DNA of 64,000 bases from contig NC_043005.1 in NCBI RefSeq assembly GCF_006345805.1, positions 45,756,001-45,820,000 on the forward strand, given 5' to 3'. Positions 27,701 to 40,768 of the stretch are shown piece by piece. Position 1 is the first letter of the stretch, and every line of letters begins with the position of its first letter. Position numbers and translations under genes: made by a program. Origin of the DNA: Octopus sinensis. Taxonomy: Eukaryota. The notes beneath the pieces were generated by a model. That model was not told the origin of the DNA and searched no databases. It worked only from the letters and a program-made list of their open reading frames with translations.

Positions 27701-30700
27701 ATTTACTTTCCAATTACTTTCTATTTGGAGCAGTTTATTACAATTAATAAGCATGGAATATAACGCTAACTTAAATTTTAAGAAAGTACAGGTTTCCACT
27801 TCTTTACTCTAGATTATTTGAGAAACTGAATGGAATTAGAAGGGTCAAAGAATTTGCATTATATATATTATTGAAATACTTTACACATTTTATTTCAGTA
27901 ATACTTTGTTTTTGCGAATATATATATATATATATATATCTGAGATATCTGGCATCTTACTGTACTCAAGAAGACCTGTTCACCACAGCAGAATTGATAA
28001 CCGGTGCTGGTGCCACATAAAAAAAAACACCCATTATACTCTCTGGAGTGATTGGTGTTAGGAAGGGCATCCAGCTGTAGAAACCAAACCAGAACAGACA
28101 ATGAAGCTTGGTGTGGTTCCTGACCTTACCAGCTCCTGTCACTGTCCAATCCATGATAGCATAGAAAACAGATGTTAAATGCTGCTGATGATATATATAT
28201 ATATAAAGTTAATCCAAACATGAAAACACAAAGAGAAAACACAACAACGTGAGGACGTGGAACGAGTATAGTGTTATTGGACACTCAGGAAAGGAAAGAA
28301 AGAAGGAGGATTTAACGTTTCGAGCAGAGCTCTTCATCAGAAACATAGAAAAAGGAAAGATCCAAGGAAGGGAAGACAGACGAAAAAAAATCGCAAGCGA
28401 TATACACACGGTCACATTAACCCTTTAGCATTTAAACTGGCTATATCTGACCCAAATGCACTACCTGATTAATGCTCAAACTGGCCATATCCAGTCACTC
28501 ACACCTAACGTACAATGTCATTCTAAAAATAAACAATCATGCCATTGAAATCTCAAAGCTAAAGATAATGCATGATTAATTCAAAAGGGTTAAAAATGTA
28601 TGTTTCAAACAGGTATTTGGTGGTAGATATACAAAACCAACACGCAAGTCTATGTTGGTGTAGAAGTTGACCTACTTTTTTGACTGCAAAATTCAACTTC
28701 TGTGCTTGGAAATGCATTAGAAAGTGACAGTTCAACATTAAGTAAATAGACCTTCTTATTTCGTATCCAGCAAAATACACACACACACACACACACATGC
28801 ACATGCGCACGCACACACACACGCATGCACGTGCGCACGCACACACACACGTATGTAATGAAGCTTTGTTATTGTTTTGAAGCTAATGGAAATTTTATGT
28901 AATATATTCTGTTTGATTTTAGTGCTTATCTGGCAGTTCTGATGGTACAATTCGGCTATGGTCAATTGGGCAGCAGGTGTGTATGGCCACATTCCGGGTC
29001 CATAATGAAGGAGTGTGGGCGTTGCAGGTTAGTTTTTTTTCTTTCCCCTCTTTTTCAGTTTTCATTTACAAATGTTTTCATATTTGACAATAATGTGAGA
29101 ATTCCTTATAAAAATAATAAGACACTTTCTAGATTGTACTAACCTGTACATTATGAGTTCAGTGTCGGGATATGGTGTTGCACTCTACCATGTGTAACCG
29201 GCAATCAAACCAGTTCAAGTTTGGTGGCTGTGTGGTAAGAATCTTCCTTCCCAACCACATGGTTTCAGGTTCAGTCCCACTCTGTGGCACCTTAAGCATG
29301 CGTCTTTTGCTAATGCCTCAGGCTGACCAAAGCCTTGTGAGTTGATTTGGTAGTCGGAAACTGAAAGAAGCCCATTGTGTGTGTGTATGTGTTGGTCCCC
29401 CTACTATCACTTGTCAACTGATGTTGCTGTGTTTACGTCTCCACAATGTAGCAGTTCAGCCAAAGAGACTGATAAAAAAAATACCAAGCTTACAAAGAAT
29501 AAATCCTGGGGTCGATTTCTTCGACTAAAAAGCCATTTAAGGTGGTGCTCTAGCATGGCTACAGTCAAATGACTAAAACTAATAGAAGAATATGTTTTTA
29601 AATATATAGGTTCAGGTGTGGCTGTGTGGTAAGAACCTCATGGTTCCAGGATCACTCTTAGTGCGTGGCACCTTAAGCAAGTGTCTTCTATTATATCCTT
29701 GCTTGAACAGACCAAAGCCCTGTGAGTGCTTTTGGCAGACAGAAAGCATAAGATCATCATCATCATCATCATCATTTAGCGTCCGTTTTCCATGCTAGCA
29801 TGGGTTGGACGGTTCAACTGGGGTCTGGGGAGCCCGAAGGCTGCACCAGGCCAGTCAGATCTGGCAGTGTTTCTACAGCTGGATGCCCTTCCTAACGCCA
29901 ACCACTCTGAGAGTGTAGTGGGTGATTTTATGTGCCACCGACACAGGTGCCAGACGAGGCTGGCGAACGGCCACGCTCGGATGATGTTTTTATGTGCCAC
30001 CGACACAGGTGCCAGACGAGGCTGGCAGACGGCCATGCTCGGATGGTGTTTTTATGTGCCACCGACACAGGTGCCAGATGAGGCTGGCGGACGGCCACGA
30101 TCGGATGGTGTTTGTTACGTCCCCAAAGCACGGAGGCCAGTCTATGCGGTACTGGCTACGGCCACGTTCGGATGATTTTCTTGTGTGCCACCGGCACTGG
30201 TACCACAAAGATACAAATTCCATTTATGTTCATCTATTTTGATTTGTTTTGATTTGATTTTCACTTGCCTCAACAGGTCTTCACAAGTGTCACAAGAAGG
30301 AAGGTATGCACAGTGGACTGACTACGTCCCAGGTAGGGGCCACGGGTTATGGCCTGACTAGTCTTGCGGGTCTTCGGATGGTGTTTTTATGTGCCACCGA
30401 CACAGGTGCCAGATGAGGCTGGCGAACGGCCACGATCGGATGGTGTTTGTTACGTCCCACAGCACGGAGGCCAGTCGATGCGGTACTGGCTACGGCCACG
30501 TTCGGATGGTTTTCTTGTGTGCCACCGGCACTGGTACCACAAAGATATATATATATATACATTTTTCCCATAACTTTATCATCAAATGTTCAACTAACTA
30601 CTGCATAAATAACCACAATGTAGTTAGCCCTGAATGAGCAAACTTGTGAGCACAGATATTCTAACCATAATGTCTTGGGCACTGCTCATGTAAGACTGCA

Positions 30701-33700
30701 TTATCTAATGTGTGCCTTCCTTTCTAAGACAGTAGAGTGCAATTTCAATGGAAGTTCATTGTTTTTAGCAGTTCAAACCACCAAATAGAGGTTGGTTTAT
30801 GTTTTAGTGTTCGGATGAAGATGTTCCTGTTTTCCTCTTGTTTATTTCTGGAAGTAGTAGACTTAAAATATTTTATTATAAGAAGTTTAATTATAAAAAT
30901 CATTGATTCATGCAACATTGAAATTTGCTCCTCTCTTTCCACAGGCTAATGAATCATTTTCAGTTGTGTACTCTGCTGGCAGAGACAGACGTGTATGGGC
31001 TACAGATATAAGGGACCCTGAATATCGGACACTGATATGTGAAGAAAAAGCTCCTGTATTAAAGGTAAATTGACATAATATATGTTGTTTTCACAACATA
31101 AACCATTAACAAAGTTTCTTTATGCTTGCTTCACCTGATGTAATAGCCAAATCACCTTCAAATTGGCCATATCTGGCTCAAATATTCTCCGTTTTATGTT
31201 CAAAGAAGTCTTTCACAACACAAAGTTTCTTTATGCTTGCTTCACCTGGTGTAATGGCCAAATCACCTTTAATCCTTTAACATTCAAACTGGCTATATCT
31301 GGCCCAAATATTCCCCGTTTTATGTTCAAGGTAGTCACATCCAGCCTCTCACACCTGCCCAACAATGTCATTCTAAAACTATACAATCACATCATCGAAA
31401 TCTCAAAGCTAAGAGTTAAGGCATGAGTAATTTCAAGACAATGTGAATAAATAAGCGTTTACATTTGCCAGAATAATCTGAATACTAAAGGGTCAGCTAA
31501 ACTTCCCTTTCACCATTCACACCTGCTTCCCACATTAGCATGGTCTAGATGGATTGCTGTGATCCAAGTCATTTAATTGGGAGCCACTGCCCTTATTAGG
31601 TGGGTTGGAGGGTCATCTCTTGCTTGTGCATTTCATTTTTGGCTTGATTTCTATGACTGGATGCTCTTCCTGTCACCAACCACTTAAAAGATAGTTCTGG
31701 ACACATTTTACTCTGTGGCACCAACACTAGAGAGGTTGTCATATCCTTGACAAGATGGGACTAAAAGGACCTTTTGAACCTATGCTTTCTTGACTTGCAC
31801 ACCAAACACTTTACAGATTACACTAGATGTATTTTACTATGGCATCAGCACAAGAAGTTTTGCCTTGCATACCATGAGAGCAAAGAATGCTCATGACTCT
31901 CATACAAATATGTTTACTCAAGACAGTTTGTCCAAGAGAGAAAATGTTGATAGAACTGGGATGAGTGCACAAAGAAAGCAAGAGTGTAATTGTCAAAATA
32001 GTGATTGTGATGAGAGAAGATGAAACAATTGTTCATCACTGACTGTACTGAGAAAGTGAAAGTAAAGTGTATTGGGTATATTTACATCTGGTGCAGCCTC
32101 TTATGCATGGCCTTATGATGGGCAACAGCAGTAGAGTGATAAGGATGGTTGTTTGGAGAATGAATGCAGATGGGTTTCACACTTGATCTTAATTCTTATG
32201 ACTGCAAACTTATGGTTAACATGCATTGACCTCCAGAATGCTGATATAACAATTTAGCTTGATTCTGATTCAGACTCACCAAAAAGAAAAGACAAGTGAA
32301 AAAACAGTTTGTCATTTTGTCAACCAATATGGTTGGTGTTTATCTTGGAGTTCCTCTCCTTTGCCATCGTAATTTTCTTACATTTGCTTTTTTCCCCTGC
32401 TAGTATGGGTTGAGCAAGGTTTCTTTGAAGGAGAATTCTACAAACAGATACTCTTCATGTGTATTGAGTGCTTTTTATGTGCCACTAACACCTGCAAAGT
32501 CACCGAGTAACTTACAAGACGCTTCAAGTGAGGTGGGGGTGAGAGTATTGAGGGAGGTGGCTTTGTGCCAAGTGATGAGGAGGTTAGGGTATGATACTGG
32601 GACAGAACCTGGTGACTTGCGGCAGAGGAGATGCATGGTTGCCCCAGCTGTGAAAAGAGTTTGAGAGAGAAAATGTTGAAGACGAGGTATCAGGTATACC
32701 CACAAATTACAAAGTACTCAGGAATGGATAAGATGAGTGGGTAGGTAAGTTTGCAAGGATGTGAAAGGAGAGTGGGAGATGGAGGAGATAGGAATGCAGT
32801 GAGTGAACACACCTGATGTGGGGAAGGGTATTAGGAAGATATGTTGTGGTGGGAGAGAGAGAGATTCATTGGACAGATTGTGTGCAGGTAAGTTTGCAAG
32901 AGTGCAGAAGGAAATCGGGAGGTAGAGGGGTGGAGAATAAAGTTAGAAAGTTTTCATTTGATTGGTATTTGGAGAATGAATTTTGACTAAACAACACCCA
33001 GTGTTTACAATGTAATGAATAACTACATAAAGTGACTAACAGAAACAGCATTCTTCTACTGTGTGAAAAAATGCGATCATCATCGTTTAACGTCCGTTTT
33101 CCATGCTGGCATAGGTTGCACGGTTTGACTGAGGTCTGGAGAGCCAGCAGCTGCACCAGGCTCCAATCTGATCTGGCAATGTTTCTACAGCTGGATGCTC
33201 TTCCTAACACCAACCACTCAGAGAGTGTAGTGAGTGCTTTCTACATGCCACCAGCACAGGAGCCAGTCAGGCGGGCCTGGCACTAGTCAAGTTCAGATAG
33301 TGTTTTTGTGTGTCACCGGAATGGAAGCCAGTCAGGGGGCACTGGTATCAGTTATTTTCGGATGGTGTGTTTTACATGCCACCGGCATTGGAGCCAGTCA
33401 GGCATATTATTATTATTATTATTAAGGTAGTGAGCTGGCTGAATTGTTAGCACGCCAGGCAAAATGCATAGCAGCATTTCATCCATCCTTACATTCTGAG
33501 TTCAAATTCTGTCGAGATTGAATTTGCCTTTCATCCTTTTGGGGTTCGTAAAATAAATATCAGTTGGATGTAATTGACTTACCCCTGCCTTCAAACTTGC
33601 TGACCTTGTATCAAAATTTGAAATCATTATTATTACCTCCGCCTTAGCGAAGGCAGATGTATTGTTTTCAGTTGTGTTTTTTTGTTTGTCTGTGGACAAG

Positions 33701-36700
33701 ATATCTCAAGAACCGCTGGATGGAATAGGATGAAACTTTCAGGGCTGTTCGGCCTCGTGACTGACACAAAGTGATTAGATTTTGGGAGCAATCTGGTACC
33801 AGACAAGGATTCTGGATTATTTTCCATTTTTTTACTTAATTTCTGAGAGTGGTTGGGTTTATTTTTAGTATTCTCATTTGTGAGAGCAGTCAAGTTTATT
33901 TCAGATATTCTTGTTTTAAAAATCGTCTCTGTCTAATCGTTGAAAGGACTTTGGTGTTGCCTTGGCAGAGGTTTGCACTATCTGAGTGCTCTTGTTATTA
34001 TTATCATCTTTTTTGTTTTTTGTGGTTCATCAGAAACTGTGTTTTTCTATCATTCTGTACAAAATAAGCTTCACATAAATTAGCTACATTTTAAAAATAA
34101 CCCTTTGCATTAAAATATTTCTATTTTGTTTCTATTTAATCCTATAGCTTGAACTATCCCAAACAGATAACCAGCAATCTTTATGGGTTGCAACAACAGA
34201 TTCTTCCATTTGTAACTGGGTAAGTCTTAAAATTCATGTGTGCAATTGTTGTTATTGTTATTATCATCATCATCATCATCATCATTATTATTATTGAGGC
34301 AGTAAGCTGGCAGAATCGTTGGCTCTCTGGACAAAATGCGTAGTGGAATTGTGTGCGTCTTGCTGTTTGAGCTCAAATTCTGCCGAGGATGACTTTGCCT
34401 TTCATCATTTTAGAGTTGATGAAATAAGTACCAGTTGAGTACTGGGGTCGATGGAATCAACTAGCCCCATCCCTTCAAAATTTCAGGCCTTGTTCCTATA
34501 GTAGAAAGGATTATTATTATTGAGGTAGCAAGTTGGCAGAACTCTTAGCATGCCAGACAAAATGCTTAGCGGCGTTTTGTCCGTCTTAACATTCTGAGTT
34601 CAAATTCTGCTGTGGTTGACTTTGCCTTTCTTCTTGACTTGCCCTTGCCAGCAAATTTCAGGCCTTGTGCCTATAATAGAATTATTATTATTCAAAGCAG
34701 TGAACTAGCAGAACCTTTACTGTGTCAGATCAAATGGTTTGTGGCATTTCTTCTAGCACCTTACATTCAGAAATCACATACCGCCAAGGTTGATTTTGCC
34801 TTTCATTTTTTTGGGGCCGGTCAGTAAATAAAGTACCAGTGAAATACTAGGGCTGATGAAATCAGTTAACCTCCTCACCCAAATTTCAGGCTTTGAACCT
34901 TTATTAAAAGAAAGAATTATTATTAATTCTCATAGTAATGGTGGGGATGATGATAGCATCCATCTTTCATGCCATCTTAGTTGAACCATGCCTATCTGTA
35001 ATGCTTCATTTTCAGCTTTGTTTACTACCACTCTACAGAGTGTACTGGATACATTTCACCTTGTCACCTTTGCTACAGAGGCTGTCATGTCCTCAACTAA
35101 CTAAATGGTCCTCTTGACACTAAGTTCATGTCACTCATTTGCTAACCATTTTCTAGAGTGTATTGGGTGCATTTCTTTGTGCACCAGCACCAGTGGGGTT
35201 GCTTTATATCTCAATATTAAAGGAATGAATTAGCTAATTGTTCTGGGGAAGACATTTAGTTCCTTGTACACAGCTTCCACAACTGTGTAATTATTCTAGG
35301 GGACTTCATATATCTCTGTATGGGTCTTCTGGAGACCTTTCCTTTTGTAAGCTGAATTAAGTTAATATAATATTAAGAATGCTAATGGGATTTTGAATAC
35401 TTTATGGGGCTATTTGATTTTTTCCTTTTAATCTATTTAATGTCAAATGATAAATGTTTACGTGTTGCAGCCAATCAAGTCTCGAAACTCAAGGTGCTCA
35501 GGTGATTACGAAAATGAAAAGACAGTCCCTATGTGTACGCAGCCAGATTTTACTATCAAAGGTAGGTGTATTTTGTCTTTAGTTCAGTCACATAATTGAT
35601 TTATTGTTTCTTATTTATTTTAGTGAAGGTGCATAGCTAAGTGGTTAAGGTATTCAGCTAACAATCGTCAGGTGTTGAGTTCAAGTTTGATTCCCATCAG
35701 CGTGTTGTGTCCTTGAGCAAGACGCTTTATTTCACATTGATCCAGTCCACTCAACTGATAAAAATGAGTTGTGGTTGTACCTGTATTTCAAAGGGCCAGA
35801 CTCATCACATTTTGTGTCACACTGAATCACTTTGAGAACTACTTTAAGGGTATGCATGTCGGGAGTGCTCAGCCATTAATTTCACAAGTAGGCCGTTCGT
35901 TCATCAGATCAGCTGTAACCCTTTAAAAATGTTCTTGAATATTTAGCTGCTTATAAAGTCGATGGAAACAGTAGCAAATCAAGTCAACCCTTTTGCAGGC
36001 AGACTGACATTTTGATCAGCAATTGTACAAGCTGAACAACATTTTGGTCATTTGCAACATAGCTCAATGTAAAAAAATACTCTCCTTTTGAAAATTGAAT
36101 CTATCAAAGCATCGCAAGAGGGCCCTGCTGCATGCATTCTTCCAGAACTTCCATGATTTGCATGTCATAACATATTTTGAAGACAATCACTGATACTTAA
36201 AAATGTAATGTAAAATTATGGAATCAAATGGACGATACCCTAATACAGTGCTTCGCAACCTTTTTTCACTTGTTGTATACTTATATTCTTAGCAAAATTC
36301 AGTGGCACACCTGAACTAAAAATATAACGAAAAGTATAGGGAAAAAAATTATATTCAGGTTAACCTGTGGCCACCTAGCATCGTCTTGTGGCACACTTGT
36401 TTCAGAGCATCCACCAGCTTATAATATAATATTGAAGTATTAACTTTTTTGTTTACATAACATAAATGTTGTGAACTGGTTTATATGTAGAGGGAAGAAT
36501 ATTTTGAAAACCCACTTGTAGTGGGTATTTATTGGAGATTTGAGAATACCTTTTTTGTGTCAGGTTTTGGTTTGATACATAATGTACCAGCATCATGTGA
36601 TAATTTAGGATTTACCTTGGTTTATATTAGCAGGATCAGAGTGACTTCTGCTAAAATAGGAAGGAAAAAAAAAAGAAGATATTTGTGGTGATAAACTAAT

Positions 36701-39700
36701 TAAATGAAATACTTTCTTGTAATATGTAAAAGCAGTTTAACTCTTTATCATTCAAACTGCCCAGATCTGGCCTCTGCTATCTACCTGATAATGTCATAGT
36801 AAAAATAATCACATCAAAATCTCAAAGCTACAAGATAACGCATGATTAATTGAAAATATGAATAAATAAGCTTTACATTTGACAGATTAATCTGATTGCT
36901 AAAGGGTTATCCCTGTAGTATTCAGATTACTCTATCAAATACAATGCTTATTTAATCACCCTGTTTTTAATTAATCATGTATTATCTCGTAGAGTTGAGA
37001 TTTTGATGATGTGATTGTTTATTTTTAGAATGGCATTGTACAATAAGTGTGAGAGGCTGGATCTGGCTGGTTTGAACATAAAACAGGTATAATATCTAAT
37101 CCTGATATGGCTGGTTTAAACACTAAATGGTTAAAGGTGATAAAATTATGTGAATGGGTTTACCTTTACCCTTTCCCTCCACCCATTTTTCCTCATAGCA
37201 TTGCCCTTCCCTTTCTATCTCCCACCCCACTTTAGCACTTTCATGAACTTACCCACTCATTCACCCTATCCAGTCCTTTGTACTACTTATATACACCACC
37301 CTGTAATTGAGAGTACACATTGACATTCTCTTCATCATCACTCTCTTTCTTTCCAGTTGAGGTAACCATGTATCACCTCTTCAGTAAGACACCTGTTTCT
37401 TCCCCTCTGTTCATACTCTAACCTCTCATCACCTGGCATAAAACCCACCTATCTTGATATTACCGGGGTCTCTGTCTTGCGGGTTAATTGGTGACCTTAT
37501 TTTTGTTGGTGCCACATAGCCCCACCCAACCCCCATTCCATCTGTAAAATGGTTAACATTAGGAAAGGCATCTAACTGTAGAAACCATGTGAGTGGATAG
37601 ACGTAATGCCCTACCATTTATGTGTTTGTTTTGCAAGATTCTTGATCTGAAATCATGTATTGAAACAAATATTATTATAGCTGAGAAATTAGAGTATGAT
37701 AGGGGGACAGAAGTATCCAGGGAGAATAATATCAGCATTACAGCAAGTTATGGAGTGGGAGAGGAATTACTATATTCATTGACTTTAGCATAAGATGGAA
37801 ATATTTCTCTGACTTCACTTTTAATTTTGTCTTTGTTACAACTTCAAATATGTGAATTGTATATTTAATCTGCTTATTATTTGTCTACCATCAGGTGGAG
37901 CCAGCATACGTCAGTATTATGTTTTAAATGATAAACGACACATTATTACCAAAGATACAGATGATAGTGTTATTTTATGGGACGTTTTAACGGTAAGTCT
38001 TTATACTTCCCAGTCATTAATCTCAAGAAATATTCTGAATGATTATCAGTCCAAAATAATGCTTTATCCAGTGCTGAACAGCCATGGTAATAAATGTATG
38101 TCCTATCTTAAATCAGGGATCACCAAACTTTCTTTACTGTGGGCCAGATAACTAGGAGAATGACAAGTGCGGGCCGCATAACCATTTTGTTCAATACAAT
38201 CCTGTGAATATGCAAAAATTAAAGACAATCACCATATTTATTTACCGAAATGTTATCTAAGAAGGTGACATTAGCAATAAGATAGTTATATCATACCCAG
38301 TGAGCACACATCCAAATCTCACAAGCTAAGCAGCAAAAAAGGTGAGTGAGATTTGTGAAACTGGTGTTTAGCTTTTAAGATATCATCAATATTTGCTTTG
38401 AAATTGCTGCATCAAACCAAGAGAATTGCTTTCAGATGTTCATCAGTCAACCTCATTCGATGTGCTCTGACTTCACATACTTCATTTTTAAAAATGTTTG
38501 CTCACAGACATAAGTTGTTCCAAACACTGATGCCATACCAGAAGCAAATGAACTTGCATTGCAGGTACCTACACAAAAGGTACAGTGCGGTGGCGGGCCA
38601 GATGAACTGACCTTGCAGGTCGTAATTTGATGATCCCTGTCTTAAATCATTACACTTTATAGACTAAAATATATCTTTGTTATACAGGAATGGCTGTGTG
38701 GTACTTCCCAACCTCTAAGTTCTGGGTTCAGTCCTACTGCATACACCTTCGGCAAGTGTCTTCTACTATAGCTTTGGCCCAAACAGTGCTTTGTGAGTGG
38801 ATTTGGTAGATGGAAACTGAAAGAAGCCTATTGTACATGAGTGTGTGTGTCAGTGTATGTTTGTCCCCCACCACCACTTGACAGCTGGAATTATGTCCCC
38901 ATAACTGAGCAGTTTGGCAAAAGACGCTGATAGAATAAGTACCATGTTTAAAAAAAGAAGAAACAAGTACTGGAGTTGATTCATTTACTCTTTTACTTGT
39001 TTCAGTGATTTCACTGCAGCCATGCTGGAGCACTGCCTTTAGTCAAACAAATCAACCCCCATTTGTAAGCCTAGTACTTATTCTATCAGTCTGTTTTGCC
39101 GAACTGCTAAGCTACAGGGATGTAAACACACCAACATCAGTTGTCAAGTGATGATGGGAGAACCACTACAAGCACACAAATACATACATATATATGCAAC
39201 AGGCTTCTTTCAATTTCTGTCTACCAGATCCACTCATAAGGCTTTGGTCTGCCTGAGGCTATAGAAGACACCTGCCTAAGGTGTCACACAGTGGGGCTGA
39301 ACCTGGAACTATATGGTTGGGAAGCAAGCTTCTTACCATACAGCCACTCCTGCACCTGTTTGACTACAATTTCTTCATGGCAGTGCCCCAGCATGGCCAC
39401 AGTCTAATGACTGAAACAAGTAAAAGAGAAAATCCATGAAATATTCTTTTTCAGATGGTTTGTTAGATCATCTACTGATGGTATTCTAACAAATGACAGT
39501 GGGACCATCTACCTGGTCAGTTGATCTGCAAGAAATGGCAGCTAGTTTGCCCTCAATTCACATCTACACATATCATCGTCATTGTTTTTATGTTTGCATT
39601 CTCCATGCTGGCATGGGTTGGATGAGACTTATTGAGATAATAATGTTCTGTTGCTTGATGCTCTTCTTGTTGCCAACTCTTACCTGTGTTTCAAATAAGA

Positions 39701-40717
39701 TATTTCTATTGCACTGGTCTTCCCATGTCATTACCAACAAAACTACCAAACTACAAGGTGCATTGTTTATAAGAGACATAAATATTACATTGTCTGTTAT
39801 AATAGTGTCAGTGAGAAGACATGGAAACATACACTCAAGTATTTGCAAGCACACACAAATACTACTGATTTAAAAAAAAAAAAAAAACAGAAGGATGTAT
39901 CTGATATTGTGATTTCAGGTAATTTATGTTTGAAAATGTAACAGGATAGTCATGGTCAGAATGCACTTGTTAATCAATCTGAGCAAGTATATAAACACCA
40001 ACAATAAATACCTGATCATTTAATACAAAGGCATTGTTTATTGTAGCTAACTAACACATTCTATTCAGTCTACTACATGTCACCTTGGGCAAGTGTCTTC
40101 TATAGCTTCTGTCCAACCAAAACCTTGTGAGTGGATTTTGTTGACAGAAACTGAAAGAAGCCTATCGTACACACACACACATACATACACATCCATGTAT
40201 ATTTGTGTTTGCCCTCCACCACAGCTTGACTACTGGTGTTGGTGTATTTGCGGCCCCTGTAACTTAGCAGTGCATCAAAAGAGACCAATGAAACAAGTAC
40301 CAGTACTGGCTATAGTCTGATAACCGAAACAAAAGATCAAACAACTATTTCATATTGTCCTGATAAATCATCTTCATCATTGTAAAGTTCACTTTTTTTC
40401 CCATGCTTGCACGGGTTGGATGCAATTTGTGCATACATATTTTCTATGGCCAGTTACCCTTCCTGTTTCTAACTTTTACCTATTTCCAACTAAAGTAATC
40501 ACACACACACACATTCCCTCTCTCTCCCTCCTATCTCTCTTGTTTCAGCCATGGCACTGCAGCGATGCTAAGGTACCATCTTGAAGAATTTTAGCCGAAT
40601 GAATCAACCTCAAAGCCTGGTACTTATTCTATTGGTGCCTTTTGCTGTACATTAAGTTATAGGGATGTAAACACACTAACACCAGTTGTTAAGTAGTAGA
40701 AGTGGGACAAACAGACT

Positions 40718-40768
<51 letters not shown>

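Noticed and set aside
29776-30637. Cluster of GC-rich ORFs and a CRISPR-like periodic repeat
   Set aside because: The units are contiguous tandem copies with no unique spacers, inside a eukaryotic retroelement; there are no cas genes.
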